DNA from: an uncultured Burkholderiales bacterium
Lineage (GTDB): Bacteria; Pseudomonadota; Gammaproteobacteria; Burkholderiales; Eutrophovitaceae
Length of the DNA: 64,000 bases
Direction: 5' to 3'
Assembly (NCBI GenBank): GCA_951812315.1
Contig: CATOSA010000017.1
Coordinates: 16,666 to 80,665, forward strand
Of this stretch, positions 50,803-60,890 are shown one piece after another (position 1 is the stretch's first letter; the number at the start of each line of letters is the position of its first letter). A program made the position numbers and the translations under genes. Below the pieces are notes generated by a model. It was not told the origin of the DNA, did not search any database, and saw only the letters and a program-made list of their open reading frames with translations.

Positions 50803-51071
50803 GGTTAGTGAATTCTGGAAGTGATACTACGCACATTTTTCGTTTCAGACGCAATCGGCTGCTCCGAAACTTTTTCGTTCAGCGGCCATCCCGGCTCAAA
50901 TACCAGACGCACCAGATCCGCAATGAGAAGCTTGTTTGCGGCGCCAGCCTGCGTGCACGATACTATGTTTCGGAAATACCCGTGATACAGTCATCAGACA
51001 CATAGGCGCGTCGTGTAACTATTCGCGCTGTATTTCGTTCTTGAAACCAGGCTTTCGTAGGGAGTGCGCCG

Positions 51072-51956
51072 ATGCTCAGACTAAATGACACTGGAGAAGA
51101 TGTCCGCACGTTTACAGGAAAACTGGCGCAGCTCGGGTACCGCCCGGCCGCGTGGATGGCCATTTTGGTCAGAAGACCGAAGACGCTGTCATCAACTTCC
51201 AGGAATCCGAGGGCGTTTACGCCGATGGCATCGTCGGCCCGCGAACCCAGGCGATGCTCGAGCGCGCGCTGCGCGAATGGGTACTCGAACAACAATCCGC
51301 GGGAGTCGAGTCTCTTGACACCCCCCGGAACGTCTGCCATTCGTGCGTGTGCCGGCCGACAAGTTCCGCGACGGATACGATCGATTCTTTCTGCGTTCGG
51401 ATGTCGCCGACGCGTACAACCGGGTGCGCGAAGTCGTACTCGAAGCAGGTGGCAGGCTGACAAGTTCAGGCGCTCGCCGCTCACTCGATGCCCATGTCGG
51501 CCCGAGCCGAAGCGCGACTTCCTTTCATTACACCGGCCGTGCGCTGGACCTTCACGTTGGCAGCGGCATGGAACGGCCTGCCCGTGACCCCTGTCGTCGC
51601 CGCTGACGAGGAACGCTACTGGACCGTGTACGCACGAGCCCGGCGCCGAGCGGCGTGAAGTCTCTGCCGTTACCTATGCGGCGCGAAACCGCTCGCGCAA
51701 AGTGGAAGGCAATTTTCTTGACCTCACAGCTTTATTCGAAGCCGAGGGATTCAAACGCATAAGAGCACGCAAGTCTTTCTTCTCAGGCGGAACCTGGCTC
51801 GGGCGCCGAGTGGTGGCACTTTCAGTACGAGCGCGGATTGGAAGCAGGCGTATCGACTTTCGGCGACGAACTATTGAAAGTGTATTCCGAAGCGACCTGC
51901 GCAAATCGCCGCCCTGGAAATCCCGCGACCGGGTTTTCAAGAAGAACTGGGGCTAA
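51072..51956 (+). pseudogene. peptidoglycan-binding-domain / M15 peptidase (endolysin-like), multiply frameshifted
   Basis: PG_binding_1-like MLRLNDTGEDVRTFTGKLAQLGYRPAA | DGHFGQKTEDAVINFQESEGVYADGIVGPRT is split over two frames. The M15 motifs SFHYTGRALDL and AEWWHFQY lie in further frames. At least four frame changes by my reading. Confidence 0.75.
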
Positions 51957-52096
51957 TGTCGGCGGCTTCTTGTTACGGACACAAGCCGGATTAATCGGCC
52001 CCGAGGCCGATGAAAAGCTTGAACTTACGTAGACCGGATTAGTGCAGCGTGATCCGACGGGGTTGTTCAGTTCCTTTCGTGTGAATTCGCCGAGAA

Positions 52097-52347
52097 CTGG
52101 CGTTGCTGCCGTAGCAGGCATGCCGGGGTAGCCGGCGGCTAGTTACTTTCTCTGCGTGCCCAAGAGAAAGTAACCAAAGAGAAGGGCACCCCACTAAGCC
52201 GTCCCTTCGGGATTCCCTGCGTTACTCGAAGCGACAGGCGGCTGCGGAACTCGCCCGCGCAAAACCCGCGCGGGCTCAGACAGTCCTCGCCGAAGACTCC
52301 TGCCGCTCCTGCGTTACTCGGCGGCTCAGAAAGGAGGAAAGTACTTC
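52097..52347 (-). repeat. REP-like composite repeat, copy B (inverted relative to copy A)
   Basis: See copy A. The shared hairpin GTTACTTTCTCT...AGAGAAAGTAAC is at about 52122-52155. Confidence 0.8.
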
Positions 52348-52552
52348 AGTGCGTAGGCCGGATTACGCCCAATGGCTACCCTACCTCGTCGTCTTACCAA
52401 CTGTGATTCTCAGTCCTCCAATTCACTTCAGCCACGCTTACTCGTGTCCGATTAGAACGCTTAACCTACGCTGCTTATCCATCGCCTATTGTCGAGGAGT
52501 TTGCGAATCACCTATCGGAGTCTCCAAAAACAATGGCCCGACGCCGACTTTT

Positions 52553-53018
52553 CTAACCGTTCGCGGCAGATTGCCCTTTCTCAGAACTGCGCGCGGTCTG
52601 GGACCATTCGGAGTTTCTTTCGAAATCAGACTCTCTACGCCATCGACCAACACTGAAAAGGCGTTGTCACCACTATATAGCCCGGTCCTGGTGAGATAGC
52701 GATACTTTTCATGTCTGAGCGATTCACAGGTTGTCCGGTACTCAACCCAGTTCTCCTGATAGCGTCCGAGAGTGATGAACGCAGCCACGATTACCACGCC
52801 GGCACCGAGCATGCCCATCACAATCGCAATATAAGAAGCATTCGACGCATTTGAAGAAGCGACAAGGCGCTGACGCTTGCCAGAACAGGAATAATTGCAG
52901 CGAGGACAATCTCTACACGGACGCAAGCGTTTGAACATTTTTGAGCTGCACTACTCTTGCCGTCATACCAGTCGATCTGATCGTCGAGTCGAAGCTTTAA
53001 GTACTCTTCTTCGTTCAT
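52553..53018 (-). pseudogene. DUF4231 (SLATT-type two-TM) protein with two frameshifts
   Basis: MNEEEYLKLRLDDQIDWYDGKSSAAQK...IVLAAIIPVLASV is TM1. A frame change leads to YIAIVMGMLGAGVVIVAAFITLGRYQENWVEYRTTCESLRHEKYRYL. A second change after LISKE leads to NSEWSQTARSSEKGQSAANG*. Confidence 0.7.
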
Positions 53019-53113
53019 TGCGCCCCTTTCCTATTGCCAAGTGCCACGCGCAATTCTTCCTGCGGCATCAGCGTTACTACATCGGCCAGCGAAACAAATA
53101 GATCAAGAGTCGG

Positions 53114-54948
53114 TCAGTGATTGTCGCGCGGCACACCTTTGGTCTGATCGATCTTCTGATACTTGACTGCCGGCTTGAGCACCATGCCGTTGGACAATTC
53201 GTCCACGATGCCGCCGTTGAATCTCCTGCCATGGCGTCTGGCTGGGCGGATATTTGAATCCGCCTTTCTTAGCCAGCGCCTTGCGGCGGCGTTCGTATTC
53301 TGTTTTGCTGATGAGAATATTCGCCGTGCGCTTGTTCAGGTCAATGCGTACCTTGTCGTTGGTTTGCAAGATCGCCAGTCCGCCGCCGGTTGCGGCTTCG
53401 GGAGATGCGTTAAGAATCGACGGCGATCCGGAAGTACCCGACTGGCGCCCGTCGCCGATGCATGGCAATTCGCCGACTCCGGCTCTGATGAGCTTGGCTG
53501 GCGGTTGCATGTTGACGACTTCGGCAGCGCCGGGATAGCCAACTGGCCCAACACCCCGAACGAACAGCATGCAAGTGTCATCCATCTTGAGGCGCGGATT
53601 GTCAATGCGCTTGTGATAGTCCTCCGGGCCTTCAAAGACAATTGCACGGCCTTCAAACGCGTTCGGGTCCTTCGGATCGGACAGGTAACGCTCGCGGAAG
53701 TGATCCGAAATAACACTTGTCTTCATGATGGCACTGTCGAACAGATTACCTTTGAGATTCAGAAAGCCGGCTTGCTTCTGCATCGGCTTCTTGTACGGCA
53801 ATATGACATTGCGATCCTCGACTTTGGCGCGGCGGCAATTCTCGTAGAGCGTCTTGCCATTCACTGTGATCGCATCCTTATTGATCTTGCCAGCCTTGAT
53901 CAGTTCGCCAACGACCGCTGGAACGCCGCCAGCATGATGGTAGTCCTCGCCAAGATACTCGCCTGCCGGTTGCATGTTAACTATCAACGGAACGTCATAG
54001 CCGACTTTCTCCCAGTCATTGTTGTCGAGCTTCACACCGATGTGCCGCGCAATCGCGTTGAAGTGAATGGGCGCATGGTAGATCCGCCGATCGCGGAGTT
54101 TACGACAATGACGTTCTCGAACGCTTCGCGTGTCATGATCCTGGACGGGCGCAGATCTTCCCACACCATTTCGACGATACGCTTGCCCGACTTGTAAGCA
54201 TTTTCTGCACGCTCACGGTGCGGTGCCGGAATTGCCGCCCCACCCGGTAGCGACATGCCGAGTGCTTCAGCAAGAGAGTTCATCGTAGACGCCGTGCCCA
54301 TGTGTTGCAGTGTCCGGCCGATGGTGCTGAGGATGCGATGAGGTCAATGAACTGCGACTGGTTGATCTCGCCAGCGGCCAGTAGCTTGCGCGCTTCCCAG
54401 ACGATGGTGCCCGAACCGGTGCGCTGGCCACGGAACCAGCCGTTTAGCATTGGCCCGCCAGAGACGACAATAGCGGGAATATCAACGGTTGCAGCCGCCA
54501 TCAGTTGCGCAGGTGTAGTCTTGTCGCAACCAGTGGTAAGCACCACGCCATCGATGAAGTAACCGTAGAGCAATTCAACCAGGCCGAGATAGGACAAATT
54601 GCGATCCAGTGCCGCGCCCGGACGTTTGCCGGTTTCCTGAATCGGATGTACCGGAAATTCGAATGGAATTCCGCCCGCTTCGCGAATGCCTTCGCGCGTG
54701 CGATGGGCAAGCTCGAGGTGGTGGCGGTTACAGGGGGAGATATCCGAACCGGACTGGGCGATACCGATGACTGGCCGGCCCGACTGCAATTCTTCGCGCG
54801 TCAGCCCCCAATTCATGTAACGCTCGATGTACAGCGCGTTCATCTCCACATTGTGCGGATTGTTGAACCATTGCTGAGACCGAAGCGTCGATGGCTTTTT
54901 CTTGCCGGCACTTCTTCGGACTGATTTGCTTGCGGATTTGCGTGCCAT
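53114..54948 (-). pseudogene. IlvD/Edd-family sugar-acid/dihydroxy-acid dehydratase with three frameshifts
   Basis: Three track ORFs (54280..54948, 54032..54301, 53103..54164) plus a fourth frame for the last 30 residues ([32 protein letters not shown]). Together they form one collinear IlvD/Edd protein with the motifs [20 protein letters not shown] and GHCNT|MGTASTMN. Confidence 0.85.
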
Positions 54949-55380
54949 GATTGTGTCTCTCCCCCTGTGAGCCAGGTTACCTATGACCCGGCGATTGATT
55001 GTAATTACTCAGATTGAAGTCGGCTTGCCGGAACTACACTTGCAGGATTTACGGTGGCGAGTTCGTTTCCTGACCATTCGCAGCACAGTTGTTGGCGAGC
55101 AAAAGGCAGCGGATGATCACCTCATGTTTCGTCAAAAACTTGCCGCGAGGTGTCCGACAAGGCAAGCCAAAACGTAAAGAATACCCAAAAACGCCCGCTA
55201 CGGAAAAACATGCGACTTCGTTACGCTTCATTGTGCCTCGTCAACGTGGAAGGTTTTGCCAAACGCCTCCCGGTTTCGTAAAGCCACCCCGCTACTGTGC
55301 GGTGCCAATGTTCACATCCAGAATTTTCCGGTCCATATCTGTCTCTATCGGTGATTGCAACAGGTAAGCTTGTGCACCGG

Positions 55381-56994
55381 TCAGCCAGTTTCTTTCGCCG
55401 CCTTCTTTTTACCCGCCGGGCGCAGAGGCGCTGCGCCTGTCTCCGAAGCAGTCAGGTCATCTCCCGGGCGCGCTTTACATGCTGCCAATCTGGAAAGAAA
55501 CGCCCTGCTCCAGGCGTGCACGTCCTGCGTTCGTATCGTCGTCAGTAAAGACGAATGGCGGGCCTGGCGTTCTTCGAGCGACATACTGATTGCAGTTTGC
55601 AGCGCTTCCGCCACCTGGTCTTTGTCATACGGGTTAACAATAAGGGCCTGGTCCATCGCCTCCGCCGCGCCGGCAAATTGCGACAGGATCAACACACCCG
55701 GATCACTGGCCTCCTGGGCCGCGACATACTCTTTGGCAACGAGATTCATTCCGTCGCGAAGCGGCGTGACAAGGCCTACTTTGCTGGCCCGGTAGAGCGC
55801 CGCCAGCTTGGTGCGGCTCACCGCACGTCTCAGGCAACGCACCGGTGTCCAGTCGAATGACGCAAATTCGCCGTTGATTTCGCCTTCGAGCCGTTCAAGT
55901 TCGCGCTTCATGAGCGCGTAGGATTCCACCGTTTCGCGCGAAGGCGGCGTCACCTGCAATAGAACCACCTTGTTGTGATTTTCCGGGTACGAATTCAGGA
56001 AACGCCGGTACGAACTCAGTCGCCGTGTCAGCCCTTTGGAATAGTCAAGCCGGTCAACGCCAACGATAAGGTCGCGCTCTCCAACGGACTCGCGCAAATG
56101 CGCAATCTCCCGGCGCGCTTCTGCTGTCTTGCAGAGCGCGACGAACATGTCGACATCAATGCCAGCCGGAAACGCGTCGCACGCCACGCGATGTCCGGAA
56201 GGCGCAACGAGTTCGCCGGGTTCGAGCAAACGTGCGCCCAACTCCTTGCGCGCGTAGGCACGAAAGCACGTGAGGTCATTGGTCGTCTGAAATCCGATTA
56301 AATCATAGGCAAGCAAGTCTCTCATCAGATCCGCATGTCCGGGCAGTGCAACAACAACGCCGGATGGCGGAAACGGCACATGCAGGAAGAACCCTATTGG
56401 TTGCTTGCAACCGAGGCTTCTGAGTTCTTTTCCCAAAGGGATTAAATGAAGGTCATGAATCCATATGATGTCATCCGGACCGAGGAACTTTTCCAGTGCC
56501 GTCGCAAATCGGCGGTTCACCGCCCGATACTTGTCCAGCTAATCATGTTCGAACTGCACCAGATCCATGCGGTAGTGCAGAAGTGGCCACAGGCATTGAT
56601 TGGCGTAACCTTCGTAGAAGCCGTCCAGTTCTTCATTCGTCATGTCAATAGTGACGATGTGAATACCATCAAAGTTGCGAACGACGGGCTTGACTTCAGC
56701 GGCATCAGACCGAATGTTTCCACTCCAGCCAAACCATCCGCCGCCGGTCGCCGAAAGCGTTTCACCAACGGCCACCGCAAGGCCGCCCGCCTTGCGATCG
56801 CGCTTGGGATCGGCGACGCGATTGGAAACAACGACGAGGCGTCCGACGCTGCCCGTTAGTTGGTTGAAGCCTCTTCGCTTTTGCGCTGCCACGTTATGTC
56901 GATTCTCAGGACCTATACGCCGGTTCTTTTCAAACCGGGGACTTTCGAGCCGATTAATGATTGCCCGGGATTTCGTCTTGACTCGATGGGTCAC
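55381..56994 (-). pseudogene. otsA: trehalose-6-phosphate synthase interrupted by an in-frame TAG
   Basis: ORFs 56539..56994 and 55381..56520 share one frame. The junction reads ...LWPLLHYRMDLVQFEHD*LDKYRAVNRRFA..., with TAG at 56539-56541 where E. coli OtsA has Trp (my recollection). Confidence 0.85.
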
Positions 56995-57405
56995 AATCCG
57001 CCCTGCTCCGTGCTGCTGACGGCCAAAGAGAATGTATTGAAAGCTCCCATACGGTACACCGCCACAGGAGGAACCCGATTAAGCGAATGAGGCTCGCTCA
57101 GGCAGAATCCGCTGTGAACAAATAGCTTGCAACAGACAACTTGCAGCAGATCTGCGTTGACTGGCGATGATGCCGAAAGTACGCAATTCGCTCAACCGCC
57201 AGCGTAATAATAAATTACCACAGAAAAGGCCCCGAACGTTGACTTCGGTCAACCGGTTGCATTACTACTATCGCTGCGAAGTAGCGGTCTGCTCTGTGCG
57301 CCACGCCGCGAGACAAACGTTCGCAATTATCGTCCTGCCGCTACGTGTCGACACGCACATGCGATAGAGTAGCGGGCTCGTTACATTCGCGCCGCCAGAA
57401 ACGAA

Positions 57406-58173
57406 ATGCAGAATACTCCCAACCAGTCCGCCATGTCGCTGCGTCCCGCGTCTGACTGGGCTTTATTTCTGGACGTCGACGGAACCCTGCTGCACTTGCA
57501 GCAGACACCGGATGGTGTGAATCGAAGCGAGCGTGTATGTCAGATTCTGGAAGGCATCATGCAACGACTTGCCGGGGCGGTTGCCCTTGTCAGCGGCCGC
57601 ACGATACAGAACCTCGATGAGCTATTCGTGCCGCACCGTTTCCCCGTCGCCGGGCTACATGGTCTGGAACGACGCGACGCCGAAGGCAACGCCCATTCAC
57701 ATTCGGAATCTCAGGTGCTGGATACTTTGCGCCCTCCCCTGCGCAAAGCCGCTGAGACACACGAAGGCGTCATATTTGAAGATAAATCACGCGCGCTGGC
57801 GATTCACTACCGGCAGGCGCCAGACAGAGCGAGTGGAATCCAGCGGCTCGTTGAGGATCTGGTGCGTCCCCTGGCTCACGAGTTGCATGTGATCCACGGC
57901 AAAATGGTTACGGAAATAAAACCCTGGCATGCTGACAAGGGGTCGGCTATCAGTGCTTTCATGAACGAGCCGCCGTTCGTCGGGCGGGTGCCGGTATTCA
58001 TTGGAGACGACACGACAGATGAAGACGGTTTCGTCTATGTCAACCAGATGAGTGGATACGCGATTCGCGTCGGCGGCGGAGAGGGTGACGTCGTCAAAAC
58101 TGCGGCACGTTACAGCCTTGAGAATGTTGACGAAGTCATCGCCTGGCTGGAAAGCTGGCCGCCTTCATTGTAA
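57406..58173 (+). CDS. otsB: trehalose-6-phosphate phosphatase
   Basis: 255 aa, HAD-type. LFLDVDGTL, SGR and GDDTTDEDGF motifs. Divergent from otsA. Confidence 0.85.
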   Translation: MQNTPNQSAMSLRPASDWALFLDVDGTLLHLQQTPDGVNRSERVCQILEGIMQRLAGAVALVSGRTIQNLDELFVPHRFPVAGLHGLERRDAEGNAHSHSESQVLDTLRPPLRKAAETHEGVIFEDKSRALAIHYRQAPDRASGIQRLVEDLVRPLAHELHVIHGKMVTEIKPWHADKGSAISAFMNEPPFVGRVPVFIGDDTTDEDGFVYVNQMSGYAIRVGGGEGDVVKTAARYSLENVDEVIAWLESWPPSL

Positions 58174-58194
58174 AAACTCGACCAGGACTTATAC

Positions 58195-59980
58195 GTGAGT
58201 AACCTTGATCTCGCCGTCATCGGCAATTGCAGCTTCAGCGCTCTCGTTGACTCATCGGCGCGAATCGTCTGGGCCTGCTTGCCGAGGTTCGGCAGTGACC
58301 CGCGATTTTGTTCACTGCTCAATGACTCACATGAAGACGCACAAGGCGTTTTTGCGGTCGACCTGCTCGGCATGGAAGAGTCGAGCCAGCAGTACCGGCA
58401 CAACTCGGCCATCGTCGAAACACGACTACAGGACGCCAATGGCTCGTCAGTGCTGGTCACGGATTTTGCGCCGCGCTTCAAACTGTTCGGCCGCACATAT
58501 CGTCCAGCCACATTGATCCGGCAAATTTCGCCATTGACGGGTACACCACGAATCAAGGTGCGCGTGCGTCCAACTTCAGAGTATGGGCAGCAGCTCCCGA
58601 CGATCACACACGGCTCCAATCACATTCGATACGTCATGCCCGATTTGACGCTTCGTCTGACGACTGACGCTTCGGTCGCCTACGTCCTGGAAGAAACACC
58701 TTTCATTCTTGACAAACCACTCACGTTCTTTTTGGGACCGGATGAAACGCTGACGATGCCGGTTGCCGAAGCGTATCGGGAACACTTCGAGCAAACTGAC
58801 CAGTACTGACTGGAATGGGCCCGCTACCTGACAATTCCGTTCGAATGGCAGGAAGCCGTGATTCGCGCTGCGATTACGCTGAAACTGTCTCACTTCGAGG
58901 AAACAGGGGCTGTCATCGCGGCACCGACAACGTCGATTCCGGAAGCTCCCGATAGCGGCCGTAACTGGGACTACCGGTACTGCTGGTTGCGCGACTCCCT
59001 GTTCGTTGTACATGCGCTCAATGCGCTTGGCGCAACAAAGACCATGGAAGGCTATCTCAACTACATCATGAACATCGCTGCGGCTTCCCAAAACGGCTAT
59101 CTGCAGCCGGTGTTCGGGATTACGCAAAGCGATCGGCTTGACGAATCGACTGTAGAAACACTGGCCGGTTATCGCAACATGGGTCCAGTCAGGGTTGGCA
59201 ATGACGCCTACAAGCAAATTCAGAATGACGGCTATGGATCAGTAATACTGGCCTGCGCGCAGATCTTCTTTGACAGCCAGCTGACCCGTACGGGCGATAT
59301 TGCCTTGTTCCAACGCCTCGAAGTGCTGGGCGAACGCGCCGCGGAGTACTGGAGCGAGCCCGATGCCGGGCTCTGGGAATTACGAAACCGGAAAGAGGTG
59401 CATACCTATTCGAGTGTCATGTGCTGGGCCGCGTGTGACCGCCTCGCGAAGATTGCGACACGACTCGACCTGACAGACCGCGCGCACTATTTGGTCGCGC
59501 ACGGCAGAAAAAATCCATGGTGAGATTCTGGCCCGGGCGTGGGACGCAGAGTCAAACAGTTTTACGTCGACATTCGGTGGCAAATCGGTAGACGCAGTAC
59601 TGCTGTTGCTGCCCGGCGTCGGATTCATTGCCGGCGACGATCCGCGTTTCGCCGGAACAGTGGCGCGAATTGAAAAAGAATTGTGGCACGGCCCGTATAT
59701 CGCCCGCTATGCAGACGAGGACGATTTCGGTAAACCCCAGGTTGCGTTTAACGCATGCACGTTCTGGTATATCGACGCGCTGACACTCCTTGGCCGAACT
59801 TCCGAAGCGCGCGAGCTGTTTGAAAACATGCTCGCTGTGCGAAATTCACTGGGACTTCTTTCTGAAGACATTGATCCTGTTAGCGGAGAGTTGTGGGGGA
59901 ATTTTCCGCAAACGTATTCGATGGTCGGGCTCATTCATTCCGCGACCCGTTTGTCGAAATCGTGGGAAGACGCGTTCTGA
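58195..59980 (+). pseudogene. GH15 glucoamylase/trehalase-like glycoside hydrolase with an in-frame TGA and one frameshift
   Basis: ORFs 58195..58809 and 58858..59523 share one frame and are separated by TGA at 58807-58809 (EQTDQY*LEWARY). A +1 shift near 59480-59490 (RAHY|WSRTAEKIHGEILARAWDAE) joins the frame of ORF 59606..59980. Motifs include NWDYRYCWLRDS. Confidence 0.85.
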
Positions 59981-60106
59981 GTACGCTCAGGGCCGTAAAT
60001 CCAGGCGCGCCAGCCTGTCGCCTCGATTAGCCCTTAATCGGAACACCCAACGTAGACGCAGTGTACGCGTTGCCAATCCGCTACGCTGGCTAAGCTGATT
60101 TGCAAT

Positions 60107-60412
60107 CTAGTCTGTTTCCTCGCCTTCTATCAGGCTCGCTACAATGATTCTCCGTTCGTCTTCAAGCGCCGCCGTGGATATCTGCCGGTGGGCGCGCCGG
60201 TACCAGTAACCGGCATTGGACTGGTCACCTTCCTTGCGGTGCAAATAGGCATGGACCCAGGCCGCCTCGGCTGTATTTTCTCCCTGAACGATTTTATGAG
60301 CGCGCTTCCAGTCGCCGCGCACTTCGTACCACAAGGCCTCGAGCGGGCCGGGCAGCCCATCGGGCAAATCCCCGCGGGAAGCGGAGGCAACATATTCGTC
60401 TACGGTAATCAT
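60107..60412 (-). CDS. hypothetical protein (101 aa)
   Basis: Clean ORF with no family recognised. It lies downstream of the 60704-60720 palindrome on the minus strand. Confidence 0.45.
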   Translation of the reverse strand: MITVDEYVASASRGDLPDGLPGPLEALWYEVRGDWKRAHKIVQGENTAEAAWVHAYLHRKEGDQSNAGYWYRRAHRQISTAALEDERRIIVASLIEGEETD

Positions 60413-60703
60413 CCCTTGCCTACCTGTTGCCCGAATAAATACGGGCCGGATTAGAAACGAACGCGATGAGAGCTGAAACGGGGTCAGCGCGCCTGCTTAA
60501 GATACGCCAAAAGAAAGCGGCCAGTCAAAGACCGGCCGCAGTCAACAACAAGGAGGTGTGTCACACGTGTGTTGCGCTTACCGCTTTCGCCCACCCAAGC
60601 GCGTAATGCGCCCGAAGAAACGATGTCAGCGTACATTGCACTGGACAGATATAGTTTAGGGCCGAACCGCGCGAAGGTATCAGGGGTAATTCACCTGCGA
60701 CGT

Positions 60704-60720
60704 TCGGGAATTATTCCCGA
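60704..60720. promoter_or_regulatory. palindrome TCGGGAA-TTA-TTCCCGA (candidate regulator site)
   Basis: Perfect 7-3-7 inverted repeat. The same arms recur at 62999-63015. Confidence 0.45.
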
Positions 60721-60721
60721 G

Positions 60722-60889
60722 CTAGCAGTCTGTCGGACTTAGGGGTTCGAAAGCGAAACGGTGGGAGAGCGAGCACAGATTTTAACGATTTCGACGCGCA
60801 TATCGGGAATACGTAAGGAGAAATCGGTGAAATATGGGCCACTCTCCCACCGTTTCGCTTTCGAACCCCTAAGTCCGACAGACTGCTAG
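60722..60889. repeat. perfect 48-bp inverted repeat with 72-bp spacer (MITE-like element or giant hairpin)
   Basis: 60722-60769 (CTAGCAGTCTGTCGGACTTAGGGGTTCGAAAGCGAAACGGTGGGAGAG) is the exact reverse complement of 60842-60889, checked base by base. The flanking bases on either side do not pair. Confidence 0.9.
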
Positions 60890-60890
60890 G

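Noticed and set aside
60558-60650. AAGGAGG followed by GTG, opening a 30-codon basic ORF (VCCAYRFRPPKRVMRPKKRCQRTLHWTDIV) amid the overlapping palindromes GTGTGTCACACGTGTG.
   Set aside because: It is very short, starts with GTG at 10-nt spacing, has no conservation evidence and is compositionally unremarkable. It could equally be promoter or operator DNA for gene 60107..60412.
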